Below, in pieces: positions 26,504-37,189 of a stretch of 64,000 bases of DNA. The notes beneath the pieces were generated by a model. It had not been told where the DNA came from. It ran no database searches and worked only from the letters and a program-made list of their open reading frames with translations. The DNA comes from an uncultured Gammaproteobacteria bacterium (GTDB lineage: Bacteria; Patescibacteriota; Patescibacteriia; UBA9934; CAMTUG01). The translations under genes and the position numbers were made by a program. Numbering within the stretch: position 1 is the first letter of the stretch; each line of letters begins with the position of its first letter. Location: assembly GCA_964588955.1 (NCBI GenBank), contig CAZPQJ010000002.1:58078-122077 (forward strand), written 5' to 3'.

Positions 26504-29443
26504 ATGTCTTACGACTACATCAAACCTACATCCCACTGGAAACAGAGCAAGCGTCGTTTCCGTCTGCGTTTACCATTCAAACTCCGTAAAGGTTTTTGGA
26601 AAACAGCTCTCCTTGCCTGTCTGGTTCTTATTGGCGCCGGTTCCCTCTTTGCCCTTGCCGCGTTCGCCTGGGTTAGCCGTGATTTGCCAAATCCGGACGC
26701 TCTTCTCTCCCGCGACGTCGCTCAATCCACCAAAATCTACGACCGCACCGGCGAGCATCTGCTCTACGAAATCCACGGCAACAAAAATCGTACGCTCGTG
26801 AAACTCGAGGAAATTCCAGACATCGTCAAGCAAGCGACTATTTCTGTTGAAGACCAACAATTCTACAAACACAAGGGGTTTAACCCGGTGCGTGTGGTAG
26901 AAGGAATTGTTTGGGGAATGATCACCAAAGGCCGTCCACAGGGAGGATCCACCATTACCCAACAGCTGGTAAAAAACGCCATTTTAACCAACGAACGTTC
27001 GATTACGCGCAAAATTAAAGAGCTTATTCTCTCCATCGCCATTGAACAGCATTTCACCAAAGACCAAATCCTGCAGCTTTATTTGAATGAAATTCCTTAC
27101 GGTTCTACCAACTACGGCGTGGAGGCAGCATCCGAAGCCTACTTCGGCAAATCAGTAAAAGACATTACCCTCGCCGAGGCAGCAACGCTCGCCGCTCTAC
27201 CGAAAGCGCCGAGCACGTATTTAAATAACCCAGACAAACTCGACGCCCGTCGTGACGTGGTGCTTAAACTGATGTTCGACGAAGGATACATAACCGAGGA
27301 ACAAAAAAACGCCGCCCAGGCGGAAACGATCACCTTGCGCCAAGACGCCCTCGCCGAAGGCGCGACCGATCTTGCGTCTCCGCTGCATTTTGTATTCTAT
27401 GTCAAACAACTGTTGGAAGAACAATACGGCTTTGACGAACGCCAAGTGGAAGAAGGCGGCTTAAGCGTTATCACCACGCTCGATTACGACAAACAGCTGG
27501 CGGCGGAACAAGCTGTGAAAGATGGCGTTACGAATAAAGGCGACGCCTACAACTTCCACGACGGCGCTTTGGTGGCGCTTGATCCCAAAACCGGTCAGGT
27601 GCTCTCTATGGTCGGCTCACCAGACTATTTTAACGAAGAAATAGACGGCGCCATCAACATGGCCATCCAGCCGATCCAGCCAGGGTCGTCGTTCAAGCCG
27701 TTTGTATATGCTGCCGGATTCCTGAATGGTTACACCCCCAACTCCATTTTGTACGACGTGATCACTACCTTTAAAACCGAAGTTAGCGACTACACTCCCC
27801 ACAACTATCACTACGACCAAGAGCTCGGTCCCATGACCATTCGCAAGGCGTTGCAAGGCTCGCTCAACATTCCGGCTGTGAAGATGATCATGTTGGTTGG
27901 ACTCGATAAGGTGTTGGACTTTGCTGAGTCGCTGGGGTACACCACCTTCACGGATCGTAGCCAATTTGGTCCGTCGATTGTGCTTGGCGGCGGCGAAGTA
28001 AAACTGATTGAACACACCGCTGCGTATGGGGCGTTGGCAAACGAAGGCGTGCTCATGCCGACCGTCACTGTCCTTAACGTAAAAGATGCCGATGGCAATT
28101 CTTTGTACGAATGGAAGCAAGACGCAGGCAAACAAGTGATCGATCAAAATGTCACGCGAGAAGTGAGTAACGTGCTGAGTGACAACGACTCCCGCGCCTA
28201 TATTTTCGGCGCCAGCAATCATCTCACCTTGTCTGACCGCGCCGTGGCAGCAAAAACAGGCACCACCAACGACAACCACGCGGCCCTCACCATGGGCTAT
28301 ACTCCGTCGCTTGTGACAGGAGTCTGGGTTGGTAACGCCGACTACTCCGCTATGGTGGCCGGAGCTGATGGATCTGTCGTCGCCGCCCCCATTTGGCAAC
28401 AGTTCATGCAAAAGGCTTTGGAAGGCACCCCAGCCGAATCTTTCACCGCTCCAGAGATTCCCGTCACGGGCAAAGCCATTTTGGACGGCACCATTCCAAG
28501 CGAAACAGTCATCATCGACAAATCTACGGGGAAGTTGGCAACAGACCAAACACCAGAATCGATGAAAGAATCTCTCTCTTGCGGAGAGTATCACTCCGAG
28601 TTGTACTACATTAACCCCAGCGATCCACTTGGTGCTGAGCCGGGGGATCAACCAGACAACGCCCAGTTTGTAAGCTGGGAGGCGGCGGTCAAAGGCTGGG
28701 CCGAACGCTTGCAAACCACCGATCCCACCAAGCTCCCGTTCGAGCCGTGTTCGGTTCCAACCGAAGAAGATGATGTTCACGTCAAAGCCAATCGCCCCGG
28801 CGTCGACATCACTTCTCCCAACAACAAAGCCACCATCGACAGCCGTTCGTTCATGGTAGAAGTCAGTGCCACGGCTAAGCGCGGCATCTCCCGCATCGAA
28901 TACGCTATTGACGACAAGCTCGTCAAATCTTCCACTTCAGACACCGGCACAACCCTCAATCTTCCTAACTGGGTGGGGCTTGGCAAACACACCCTCACTG
29001 CCACCGCCTTCGACGACGTCGACAACAACGCTTCTGACGACATCACGATCACCATTACCGCTGAGCCCACAGGAGCGTCGGTCGAAGTGATTGATCCGGT
29101 CAACAACCAGACAATTGAAAAGGCCGCGCCAACCTACCAAGTGGTGGTGCAGTCTTCCGACCCATCCGCCGTGGGCAAGCTCGAGCTCTACGTCCAGCCC
29201 CTGCGTGGCGGCTCGGCCGAACTGGTGGGCTCTGTCGACGACGTTTCTACCACCTTCACCACCTTCACCTGGACACTCCCTGCCGAAGCGGACTATCTCC
29301 TCTTCGCCAAAGCCCTCGACGAAAACAGTAACGAAATTGACTCCAGTCAAGTCGAAGTATCGGTTAAAGATCCCGCCAGTGCCAACACGAATTTGAATCT
29401 CACAACAGGCCAAACAACGACCGACGTTGTCGTAACGCCCTAG
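26504..29443 (+). CDS. class A penicillin-binding protein (PBP1A family) with C-terminal Ig-like domains
   Basis: EDQQFYKHKG, GGSTITQQL, SSFK, SLN and KTG motifs. Confidence 0.93.
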   Translation: MSYDYIKPTSHWKQSKRRFRLRLPFKLRKGFWKTALLACLVLIGAGSLFALAAFAWVSRDLPNPDALLSRDVAQSTKIYDRTGEHLLYEIHGNKNRTLVKLEEIPDIVKQATISVEDQQFYKHKGFNPVRVVEGIVWGMITKGRPQGGSTITQQLVKNAILTNERSITRKIKELILSIAIEQHFTKDQILQLYLNEIPYGSTNYGVEAASEAYFGKSVKDITLAEAATLAALPKAPSTYLNNPDKLDARRDVVLKLMFDEGYITEEQKNAAQAETITLRQDALAEGATDLASPLHFVFYVKQLLEEQYGFDERQVEEGGLSVITTLDYDKQLAAEQAVKDGVTNKGDAYNFHDGALVALDPKTGQVLSMVGSPDYFNEEIDGAINMAIQPIQPGSSFKPFVYAAGFLNGYTPNSILYDVITTFKTEVSDYTPHNYHYDQELGPMTIRKALQGSLNIPAVKMIMLVGLDKVLDFAESLGYTTFTDRSQFGPSIVLGGGEVKLIEHTAAYGALANEGVLMPTVTVLNVKDADGNSLYEWKQDAGKQVIDQNVTREVSNVLSDNDSRAYIFGASNHLTLSDRAVAAKTGTTNDNHAALTMGYTPSLVTGVWVGNADYSAMVAGADGSVVAAPIWQQFMQKALEGTPAESFTAPEIPVTGKAILDGTIPSETVIIDKSTGKLATDQTPESMKESLSCGEYHSELYYINPSDPLGAEPGDQPDNAQFVSWEAAVKGWAERLQTTDPTKLPFEPCSVPTEEDDVHVKANRPGVDITSPNNKATIDSRSFMVEVSATAKRGISRIEYAIDDKLVKSSTSDTGTTLNLPNWVGLGKHTLTATAFDDVDNNASDDITITITAEPTGASVEVIDPVNNQTIEKAAPTYQVVVQSSDPSAVGKLELYVQPLRGGSAELVGSVDDVSTTFTTFTWTLPAEADYLLFAKALDENSNEIDSSQVEVSVKDPASANTNLNLTTGQTTTDVVVTP

Positions 29444-29461
29444 GTGATCGCGATCTTGGAT

Positions 29462-29492
29462 AATAAACCCGTCTCTTCTGGCGGGTTTATTA
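29462..29492. terminator. bidirectional terminator
   Basis: ATAAACCCGTC...GGCGGGTTTAT between convergent genes. Confidence 0.6.
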
Positions 29493-30197
29493 TCGTAAAT
29501 AAGCCCGCTCCATCACCTCTGGTCGGCCAAGTTCTTCGGAGGAAGCACTGAGGCGGATTTGGCCGTTGGCCAATAGGTACCCGCGGTCGGCGTAGCGCAG
29601 GACAAGGCGGACATTTTGTTCCACGCACAGAATGGTGATACCAGAGGCTTGTAGTTCTTTGAGTTTTTGAAAGACTTCGGTTTGGAGGATTGGAGAAAGT
29701 CCCAACGAAGGCTCGTCGAGCATAATCATACGTGGGGACATCATGAGCGCGCGACCGATGGCCAACTGTTGTTGCTGGCCACCAGACAAGTCCCCCGCTT
29801 TGGCTTTTTGTTTCTCACGCAGCATAGGAAAACGATCGAAGACTGATTGCAAATTTGCAGCGATGACCTGTTTATCTTTCAGCAAATAAGCACCCATCAA
29901 TAAGTTCTCTTTTACGTTGAGTGACGGAAAAACGACGCGTCCTTGCGGCACATAGGCGATCCCCTCTTCGAGCAAGGCGTGCGTCGGAAATTTGGTCACA
30001 TCGCGCCCATCAAACGTGATGGCACCATCAAACACCCGTGCCAGACCGTAGACAGCTTTAAGCACAGTAGACTTTCCCGCGCCGTTTGGACCAATCAAAG
30101 CGACAAACTCTCCCGGTTCAACCGCAAGGGAGACGTTGTGCAAAATATGCGCGTCTTTGTACCCAGCGTTGACGTTAGTGATTTCCAAAATTGGCAT
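29490..30197 (-). CDS. livF: branched-chain amino acid ABC transporter ATPase
   Basis: GPNGAGKST, LSGGQQQ, LDEPSLGL and VEQN motifs. Confidence 0.9.
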   Translation of the reverse strand: MPILEITNVNAGYKDAHILHNVSLAVEPGEFVALIGPNGAGKSTVLKAVYGLARVFDGAITFDGRDVTKFPTHALLEEGIAYVPQGRVVFPSLNVKENLLMGAYLLKDKQVIAANLQSVFDRFPMLREKQKAKAGDLSGGQQQQLAIGRALMMSPRMIMLDEPSLGLSPILQTEVFQKLKELQASGITILCVEQNVRLVLRYADRGYLLANGQIRLSASSEELGRPEVMERAYLR

Positions 30198-30208
30198 ATG
30201 ATTCTATC

Positions 30209-30233
30209 GTAGGGGCAGGCCCGCGTGCCTGCC
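30209..30233 (+). repeat. GTAG-type REP-like palindrome
   Basis: GTAGGGGCAGGCCCGCGTGCCTGCC. Confidence 0.55.
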
Positions 30234-30247
30234 TTCATATTGTCGCG

Positions 30248-30985
30248 TTATGTTCCCAAATACGCTTCAAGAACCCGTTTGTCTAAAAGCACCGCTTCTG
30301 GTTGTCCTTGGGCCAACACAGCGCCTTGGTCCATTACAATCACCGCATCAGCCACCGAACGCACAAAGTCCATATCGTGTTCAATTACCAAAATGGTTTC
30401 TCCGCGCGCCTTCAATTCTTTGAGCAACGTTTTGAATTGATCGCGCAGCACCGGGTTCACTCCAGCCACGGGCTCGTCGAGCATCAACAGCTGGTGAGGC
30501 TTAGCCAGCGCCCGAGCAAGATCTAACAACTTTTGCTGACCATATGACAATTCGCTCGCGAGCGTCAACGGGGGCTTGTCGAGCCCGACTAGCTCAAGTA
30601 TCTCCATCATTCTCCCTTCCGCGTTTGGCGCGTCGACGGCAAATCCCGCTTTCAAAAACCGGTCGTCATTTTCGTGCATAGCCAAATAAAGATGGTCACG
30701 AACGGTCATATTCTTGAATAGTCGAACCTGCTGAAACGTGCGCGAAAGTCCTGCTCGAGCCCGACGATGGGCCGCCAAGTGTGTCAGATCGATACTAGCA
30801 AGAATAACCGACCCTTCGTCCGCCTCAACAAGACCGGAAATAAGATGAAAGACCGTGGTCTTGCCTGCACCATTCGGACCAATCAGGGCGGTGATTTGAT
30901 TGGCCACCACATCAAAAGAACATCCTTGGACAGCATGAACGCCCCCAAAGGCCTTAGACAAATTGTTTACCGAAAGAAGATGCAT
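30248..30985 (-). CDS. livG: branched-chain amino acid ABC transporter ATPase
   Basis: GPNGAGKTT, RTFQ, LSYGQ, LDEPVAG and IEHDM motifs. Confidence 0.9.
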   Translation of the reverse strand: MHLLSVNNLSKAFGGVHAVQGCSFDVVANQITALIGPNGAGKTTVFHLISGLVEADEGSVILASIDLTHLAAHRRARAGLSRTFQQVRLFKNMTVRDHLYLAMHENDDRFLKAGFAVDAPNAEGRMMEILELVGLDKPPLTLASELSYGQQKLLDLARALAKPHQLLMLDEPVAGVNPVLRDQFKTLLKELKARGETILVIEHDMDFVRSVADAVIVMDQGAVLAQGQPEAVLLDKRVLEAYLGT

Positions 30986-30990
30986 ATTTC

Positions 30991-31016
30991 GCGGGGACGG
31001 GCCCATGTGCCCACCC
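30991..31016 (+). repeat. REP-like palindrome, degenerate copy
   Basis: GCGGGGACGGGCCCATGTGCCCACCC resembles the element at 30209. Confidence 0.4.
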
Positions 31017-31019
31017 AAA

Positions 31020-31880
31020 TCATTCCAATTCAACCTTACCGACCAATCCTTTGGGACGATACAAAATAACCAAACCGAGGATGGAAGCAAAAATCACCTC
31101 GCGCAAAGCACCCACCAGTTCTGGTCGCAGCGGTACAAAACGAATACCCTCACGAACAGACAGCATCAACAATACACCGAGAACACTTCCTTCCAAACTC
31201 CCTAATCCACCAATCACCACATAACCAATGAATTGCACAAGTAGCGCGGCGTCGAACAGGGTGGGGTTGATATAACCCAAAAACATCGCCAAAAGCGCTC
31301 CTGCCAGACCAGAAAATAGTCCCGTAATTACGGCACTCGAAATGCGCAAACGCACAACATCCTTTCCCATTGCTACGGCAACCACTTCGTCGTCACGCAC
31401 AGCACCAAGCGCGCGGCCGAACGGGGACGAGACGATACGACGTAAGACGATATACGACGCGGCTGCAAGTAGACACGCAACGAGCAAAAATAAAAATTTG
31501 TCGTCTAACACCTCTGGACGTGGAATGTTGTTGAGCCCGAGCGCTCCCTGCGTTGCTGAGCGCCAATTCAGCAACACCGTCACAGCTACAAATCCGAACC
31601 ACAAAGTAAGAATAGCAAAAGCATCTCCACGAATCTTTTTTGAAGCATAGGCAAGAACTCCGTTCAAAATCGCTGGTACAATGAGTGCCCCGGCGATGCC
31701 GATCAAAAACGCACAGCGCGCATTGATCGTCAAAAGCGCGTAGGTATAAGCTCCGATACCCAGCAAACCCGCATGAGCAAGGGTGAATAAGCCGGTATAG
31801 CCAACCGAGATGTTATACGCTATGGTGGCGATGGAAAAAATCGCCCCAAGGGTTAAAAAGTAGATGAGATACGCGGCCAT
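31020..31880 (-). CDS. livM: branched-chain amino acid ABC permease
   Basis: GYTG..LAH, GRALGAVRDDE and IGGLGS motifs. Confidence 0.88.
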   Translation of the reverse strand: MAAYLIYFLTLGAIFSIATIAYNISVGYTGLFTLAHAGLLGIGAYTYALLTINARCAFLIGIAGALIVPAILNGVLAYASKKIRGDAFAILTLWFGFVAVTVLLNWRSATQGALGLNNIPRPEVLDDKFLFLLVACLLAAASYIVLRRIVSSPFGRALGAVRDDEVVAVAMGKDVVRLRISSAVITGLFSGLAGALLAMFLGYINPTLFDAALLVQFIGYVVIGGLGSLEGSVLGVLLMLSVREGIRFVPLRPELVGALREVIFASILGLVILYRPKGLVGKVELE

Positions 31881-31883
31881 ACA

Positions 31884-32756
31884 TTAGTGCTGTTTCTTAC
31901 CAAAGATTCCCCGTGGTCGTAAAAGAAGAAAGCCAAAAACAGCTGAAAAAATAAACAGTGTTTTGATCCCCGCCGTCCACCAAAATCCTCCAAGGTTGGC
32001 AAGGAGCGTATAAATAAGCGCCGCCGGCACAACTCCCGCCACGTTACCAAGCCCTCCCAAAATAGAGACCGAAAACGCATCAACAGCATAGCCCACCGCG
32101 AGCGGCGGATACAAATTAAACGTCAGCGCCAAAAGGATACCAGCGATAGCCGTGACGACAGAAAAAACAGCCACTACAAGCATGCGTGTACGTTTAGTAT
32201 TCACACCGACCACTTCCGCCATCTCTTCTTGATCGGAAACGGCACGAGCGGCGCGGCCAAATTTACTAAAACGCAAAAAAAGAAGGATGCCGACCACCAC
32301 AACGGCCGCTATCAAAAGCGTGGCCACAGCAACAGGAGTCGCGATAATCGGTCCGAACGCAAATGCGTGGCCGTCAAGAACCCCGTGTACAACCAGTGTT
32401 TTCGATGACCAAATCGCCAACAACACATTTTGTAAAACAACCAGAACAACCAGCGAAGCCAGCATCCCTGCTGTGCCGGTCAACGGCCGGCGACGGCGCA
32501 GACTTTCGTAAACCAAGGCATTTATGGCAACAGCAAGCAACACAGAGGCTCCAACCGCAAACAATGTGGCGCCGAACCAACCAAACCCCAGCGACAATCC
32601 AAAATAAAATAAATACCCCGCGGCCAATACCATCGCCCCCTGGGCAACGTAAAGCACCCGCGTAGTGGAATAAATAATGGTAAAAGGAATAGACAACAAC
32701 ACAAGCAATGCTCCCATGACCATCGAATTCCAAGTCAGCTGCAAATAAATATCCAT
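31884..32756 (-). CDS. livH: branched-chain amino acid ABC permease
   Basis: GRAARAVSD...GVN and ILGGLGN motifs. Confidence 0.88.
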   Translation of the reverse strand: MDIYLQLTWNSMVMGALLVLLSIPFTIIYSTTRVLYVAQGAMVLAAGYLFYFGLSLGFGWFGATLFAVGASVLLAVAINALVYESLRRRRPLTGTAGMLASLVVLVVLQNVLLAIWSSKTLVVHGVLDGHAFAFGPIIATPVAVATLLIAAVVVVGILLFLRFSKFGRAARAVSDQEEMAEVVGVNTKRTRMLVVAVFSVVTAIAGILLALTFNLYPPLAVGYAVDAFSVSILGGLGNVAGVVPAALIYTLLANLGGFWWTAGIKTLFIFSAVFGFLLLRPRGIFGKKQH

Positions 32757-32771
32757 GACCGTATTTTAGCG

Positions 32772-32801
32772 CAAAAGGCGAGGTGTGGCACCTCGCCTTT
32801 T
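32772..32801. terminator. hairpin/terminator after livK
   Basis: AAAAGGCGAGGTG-TGG-CACCTCGCCTTTT. Confidence 0.7.
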
Positions 32802-32821
32802 ATCTGTTGTAGACTCTAGAA

Positions 32822-34030
32822 CTACGGAGTGACAACTTTAACTTGGGAGAACTTGCTTCCTGATGCTTTCTTGACCACATAGGAAGTCATGACGTCGCCG
32901 TTGGCGTCGAAACTAATAGTTCCGAGAGCGCCATTCCAGTTTTTGAGATTGGAGAGATAGTTGGCCACTTTAGTAGTGTCGTAACCCACGGCCTTAATCG
33001 CCTCGACAATTAAGTAGACGCTTGAATAACCACCAGCACTAAAGAATGGGAACTCCGGTGCTTTGCCCGCCTTGGCTTCGTAGGCAGCGAGGAAGGCGGC
33101 GGCTTTTGCAGACGTTTGATCGTAATACGCTTCGATGGCAGTTAGACCCTCCAAGTCCACAGGGTTTTCCGCAAGGACACTGTCGCTCGCCAACACCTCG
33201 GCGGTCAAAATAGGTGTTTTGAGACTAGCCGCGGTCAGTTGTTTAATGACCAGAATTCCCGAAGATGGGCTTTGTGGAATAACGTAAATGACATCCGGAG
33301 CTTTATTCTTGGTTTTCAACACCTGCGCAGTAAAGTCTTTGTCGCCGGTAGCAAACCCTTCGTCGGCCACGACTTCTCCACCGAGTGAAGTAAATGTTTC
33401 TTTAAAGGTTTTTTCCAAGCCCTGGGCGTAATCAGTGGTTTCGTAGATAACAGCCGCGGTCTTGGCGCCCATGTCGTTAAAGGCGTACTTGGCGGCGACA
33501 GCCCCAGCAAGCGCATCCGAAGGGGCGGTGCGGAACACATACGCTCCCGCATCGGTGATAGACGGGCTTGTTGCTGAAGGAGAAATGCTCAAGACCTGTT
33601 TTTCTTGCGCTAACGGGGTAAATCCAAGCGTTTCCCCAGAACAGGAGCCGCCAATAATATATTTCACCGCGTCCACGTTAATGAGTTTATTTCCGGCAGA
33701 AGCTCCCCCTTCTGGAGTACACTTTCCATCTTCAATGTCGAGTTGAATTTTGGCTCCATCAACCCCTCCCGCAGCGTTGATTTCATCAACCGCCAGCTGC
33801 ACACCAACGAGCTCGTTGTCGCCATACACTGAAGCGTCGCCGGAAAACGGCATGATTACCCCGAGTTTCAGCACGCCTCCCGGAATCTCTTCCTTCGTAA
33901 CCACAGGGGTTCCGGTGTCATCGTTAACAACCTCTTCCTTTTCCCCCTTCTGTATCCAATACAACACCCCGACCACAACAAGAACAAGAACAACGGCCCA
34001 AACGAATCCTTTTCCTTTTTGGTTCTCCAT
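32822..34030 (-). CDS. livK: branched-chain amino acid ABC substrate-binding protein
   Basis: Peripla_BP_6-like motifs (LAVDEINAAGG, IIGGSCS, YVFRTAPSD). Confidence 0.88.
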   Translation of the reverse strand: MENQKGKGFVWAVVLVLVVVGVLYWIQKGEKEEVVNDDTGTPVVTKEEIPGGVLKLGVIMPFSGDASVYGDNELVGVQLAVDEINAAGGVDGAKIQLDIEDGKCTPEGGASAGNKLINVDAVKYIIGGSCSGETLGFTPLAQEKQVLSISPSATSPSITDAGAYVFRTAPSDALAGAVAAKYAFNDMGAKTAAVIYETTDYAQGLEKTFKETFTSLGGEVVADEGFATGDKDFTAQVLKTKNKAPDVIYVIPQSPSSGILVIKQLTAASLKTPILTAEVLASDSVLAENPVDLEGLTAIEAYYDQTSAKAAAFLAAYEAKAGKAPEFPFFSAGGYSSVYLIVEAIKAVGYDTTKVANYLSNLKNWNGALGTISFDANGDVMTSYVVKKASGSKFSQVKVVTP

Positions 34031-34215
34031 AGCAGGTCATGCTAGTGAATTAGTCCCGCGGATGTGGCGCTTTGCCGCAGGGAATGATGAGAAAATAGTA
34101 AGCCCGTAACGCTTTGCCGTCAAACCGATCTTTCGCCAAGTTTTGGGTCTATCCCCTTTCTCCTAGTGAAGCCGGCAACCGTCAACACCCCTTGTCACAA
34201 ACAAGATGCCGGGGC

Positions 34216-35358
34216 CTATTGTTTAATCGGCATGACAATATAAAGGTAGCCAGACTTTCCTGCCTCAGTTTTAGGAGTAACAAGACACGGATTCATCGCG
34301 TCGATCATTTGGACGTTCACCTCGGGTGAGCCGCAGGCAGAGAGCCCATCAAGCAAGTAACGATAATTGACGGTTACGGCGTTGTCGTCTCCGGAAATGT
34401 CTGCCGGACAAACGACGACGTTTTCCCCGCGTGCCGTATCTGCGCCCTTAACCGTAATCGATTTGTCTTTGGCCGAAAGCTCCAGCTTCACATCAAACAA
34501 GCCTGTGCGCGAAAACAAACTGGCGGTTTTGACAGCCTTCGAAAGTGCGTTTGCTTCCACCACCGCTTCGGTTTTGAACGCGGTAGGGACAATTTGGCGG
34601 TAGTCTGGATAACGCCCGTCAATCGTACGACTCATGAGTTCCACAGAACCGATGCGCACCAGCATTTGATTGTCTGCCAAAACAAACTCCACCACTTCTG
34701 GCGAATCTACATCGTCTTTAGAAACAGAAATGATTCGACCAACCTCAGAAAGGGTACGCGCTGGGATAATGACCGTGCGCGGATCGCTGGGGCCTGTTGC
34801 GTCCACGAGACGCTCGGCCAAACGATAGCTGTCTGTGGCTGCCAACGTTGCCTTTCCGGCTCCGGCCGAAGGGTCGTTAAACTTCACACAGACGCCGGAA
34901 AGCTCTGGGCGCGCCTCGTTAGCGGCTACAGCGAATAAAACCTGCCCAATCGCCTGGCGTAGACCTTCCGCGGGGAGTTTGAAAGAGACCCCCTCGGCAA
35001 CGGGCGGCACCAAAGGAAACTCAGAGGCCGGCAAGCCATTCATTTTGGTGGAGTGTCCGCCACAACGCACATGAAGGATTCGGTCCACAACATGCAGGTC
35101 CACCTGTTCGCTTGGCAGTAAAGAAACGTAATCAAAAAACAGCTTGGCGGGAACAGTGAATTCACCGTCCTCATCAACCTTCCCCCGCACCAAACAGGAG
35201 CTAGCAATCTCAAGATTGGTCGCTGTTAATTTCAACGATCCGTCGGATGCCTTTAATAAGACATTTCCCAGAATAGGAAGATCGACGTTTTTTCCTCCTG
35301 AGTGGCTGGTGATGGACAGACCTCGATAGAGGTTATCCCTCGTGCAAGACAGCTTCAC
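34216..35358 (-). CDS. dnaN: DNA polymerase III beta clamp
   Basis: LPILGNVLL, ATNLEI, RPELSGV, ATDSYRLA, YPDY and IVMPI motifs. Confidence 0.96.
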   Translation of the reverse strand: MKLSCTRDNLYRGLSITSHSGGKNVDLPILGNVLLKASDGSLKLTATNLEIASSCLVRGKVDEDGEFTVPAKLFFDYVSLLPSEQVDLHVVDRILHVRCGGHSTKMNGLPASEFPLVPPVAEGVSFKLPAEGLRQAIGQVLFAVAANEARPELSGVCVKFNDPSAGAGKATLAATDSYRLAERLVDATGPSDPRTVIIPARTLSEVGRIISVSKDDVDSPEVVEFVLADNQMLVRIGSVELMSRTIDGRYPDYRQIVPTAFKTEAVVEANALSKAVKTASLFSRTGLFDVKLELSAKDKSITVKGADTARGENVVVCPADISGDDNAVTVNYRYLLDGLSACGSPEVNVQMIDAMNPCLVTPKTEAGKSGYLYIVMPIKQ

Positions 35359-35621
35359 AGGTTGTTATGTTTAGAAGTAAAAGGGAACCGTAACCGGTAT
35401 TAGTGATGTGGATAGCGGGGACAACTTTTTTTCTTGGCTCTAGATAGCGACGAATGAAGGTGTAGCGCTGTGGGGATCCCGTGCGGATGAAGGGGGAAGA
35501 AGCGTGGGTAAGTCGAAGGGGTTATTACGGTACGGAATTTGTAGGCGGTTCACCCACGATTTTTACACAGGCTTTTCCACGGCGATCGCGGGGTGTGTAT
35601 GGCGTGTGGAGAAGGGTGTGA
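35359..35621. other. probable oriC (dnaA-dnaN intergenic region)
   Basis: many degenerate DnaA boxes (e.g. TGTGGATAG 35407-35415, TGTGGAGAA, TTTTACACA, TTTTCCACG); base skew appears to flip between dnaN and dnaA. Confidence 0.7.
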
Positions 35622-37034
35622 TTAAAGAGCAAAGAGGCGTTGTTTGATGAGTTCAATATCGCGTTGTAATTTCTCGTCGACCGAGAGGACGCCGCGAATT
35701 TTGTCATGGGCGTGCATCGCTGTTGTGTGGTCTCTCCCGCCAAGTTCGGCGCCGATGGAGGGGAAGGAGGACTTCATCTCGTCGCGCATGAGGAACATAA
35801 TGATCTGGCGAGGGAAAGCCAGGCGCTTTTCTCGGCTTTTACCCAGCAAATCTTCCACGGCCAAATCATAGTAGGAAGCCACCGTAGTAATCAGTTGGCG
35901 GGGGGTGATGGACTTTTTCATCTGCGCCGGCTGATAGCTCACCAAAATAGGGGTAATGCTTTCTTCGCTCGGTTCCACGTTTTTGAACTGGTGATAGGCG
36001 ATGACTTTGGTCAAAGCTCCTTCGAGTTCGCGCACGTTCGATTGAATGGCGTTAGCGATAAAGTACAGCAAATCGCGGTTGAGCGGGTAGGATTTTTCAT
36101 TGCACTTTGATTCAAGAATGGCCATGCGCGTTTCCACGTCTGGGGCGCCAACATCGGCCATCATCCCCGACTCAAAGCGGGAAAGGAGACGGTTTTCCAG
36201 GGCGGGAATAGCTTTTGGGGGGCGGTCAGAGGAGATAACAATCTGTTTGTCGCGTTCTCGAAGCGCATTAAAGGTGTGAAAAAATTCCTCTTGCGTGCGT
36301 TCTTTACTAGTGATGAATTGGATATCGTCAATCAACAGGACATCGATGTTGCGATAGCGATCTTTGAATTCGTGGGCTAAACCGTTACGCACCGAACTAA
36401 TAAATTCATTTGTAAATCGCTCGCAGGAGACGTAACGGATGCGCGCCCCTGGGTTTTTGCTCAAAACGTGGTTGCCAATGGCGTGTAAAAGGTGGGTTTT
36501 TCCAAGCCCTACCCCCCCGTAAACAAACAAGGGGTTGTAGGCTGTGCCCGGTTGGGCGGCCACGGCCTGGCTCGCCGCGTGAGCAAGCTCATTATGTTTT
36601 CCTACAACGAAGGTAGAGAAAGTGTGGCGTGGGTTGAGAGGAGAGTCTGCCTGGTTGAAATCTTGCGAAACACTATTACTCTGAGCAAAGACAGGCTCGT
36701 TAACGAATTCTTGGACAGAAGGTTCCTCGACGCTAGTTTGAGGTGCTCCAAATTGAACAGGTGTTGCCTCTGGCGCACGCGTTTCGACCCGGTAAACGAT
36801 CGATTTCATACCGTTTCCGGTAATGTTTTGCAAAGAAGCAAAGATTTCTTTGTGGTATTTTTTCTCGAGCCAGGTTTTCGTAAAAGCGTTGGGAACGGCT
36901 ACCACAAGGTCTCCCCCGTCGAAGGAAGCGATAAAAGTACTCTTAAACCACGTGGTGAAGTTGGCTTTTGAAAGCTTCAACTCCATTTCTCCGAGCGCGG
37001 CCTGCCAAAGTTCATTGGTGTTCATAACCAGCAT
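35622..37034 (-). CDS. dnaA: chromosomal replication initiator
   Basis: YNPLFVYGGVGLGKTHL, DDIQF, QEEFFHTFN, NVRELEGAL and RDHTT motifs. Confidence 0.98.
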   Translation of the reverse strand: MLVMNTNELWQAALGEMELKLSKANFTTWFKSTFIASFDGGDLVVAVPNAFTKTWLEKKYHKEIFASLQNITGNGMKSIVYRVETRAPEATPVQFGAPQTSVEEPSVQEFVNEPVFAQSNSVSQDFNQADSPLNPRHTFSTFVVGKHNELAHAASQAVAAQPGTAYNPLFVYGGVGLGKTHLLHAIGNHVLSKNPGARIRYVSCERFTNEFISSVRNGLAHEFKDRYRNIDVLLIDDIQFITSKERTQEEFFHTFNALRERDKQIVISSDRPPKAIPALENRLLSRFESGMMADVGAPDVETRMAILESKCNEKSYPLNRDLLYFIANAIQSNVRELEGALTKVIAYHQFKNVEPSEESITPILVSYQPAQMKKSITPRQLITTVASYYDLAVEDLLGKSREKRLAFPRQIIMFLMRDEMKSSFPSIGAELGGRDHTTAMHAHDKIRGVLSVDEKLQRDIELIKQRLFAL

Positions 37035-37072
37035 GGAAAGTTAGGAACGTTGTGCCGGGCATCATAACCTAT

Positions 37073-37143
37073 TTATCCACAACCCCGCAAGAGTTGGAAC
37101 GGTGCATGCACAGCCCAGTAGGGTGTTGATTTAATGTGGATAG
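37073..37143. promoter_or_regulatory. DnaA boxes upstream of dnaA
   Basis: perfect TTATCCACA at 37073-37081; TGTGGATAG at 37135-37143. Confidence 0.75.
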
Positions 37144-37189
37144 TTGGTGTATAATGCTTCTACCTCTGATTTATAAGACATGAACCGAT

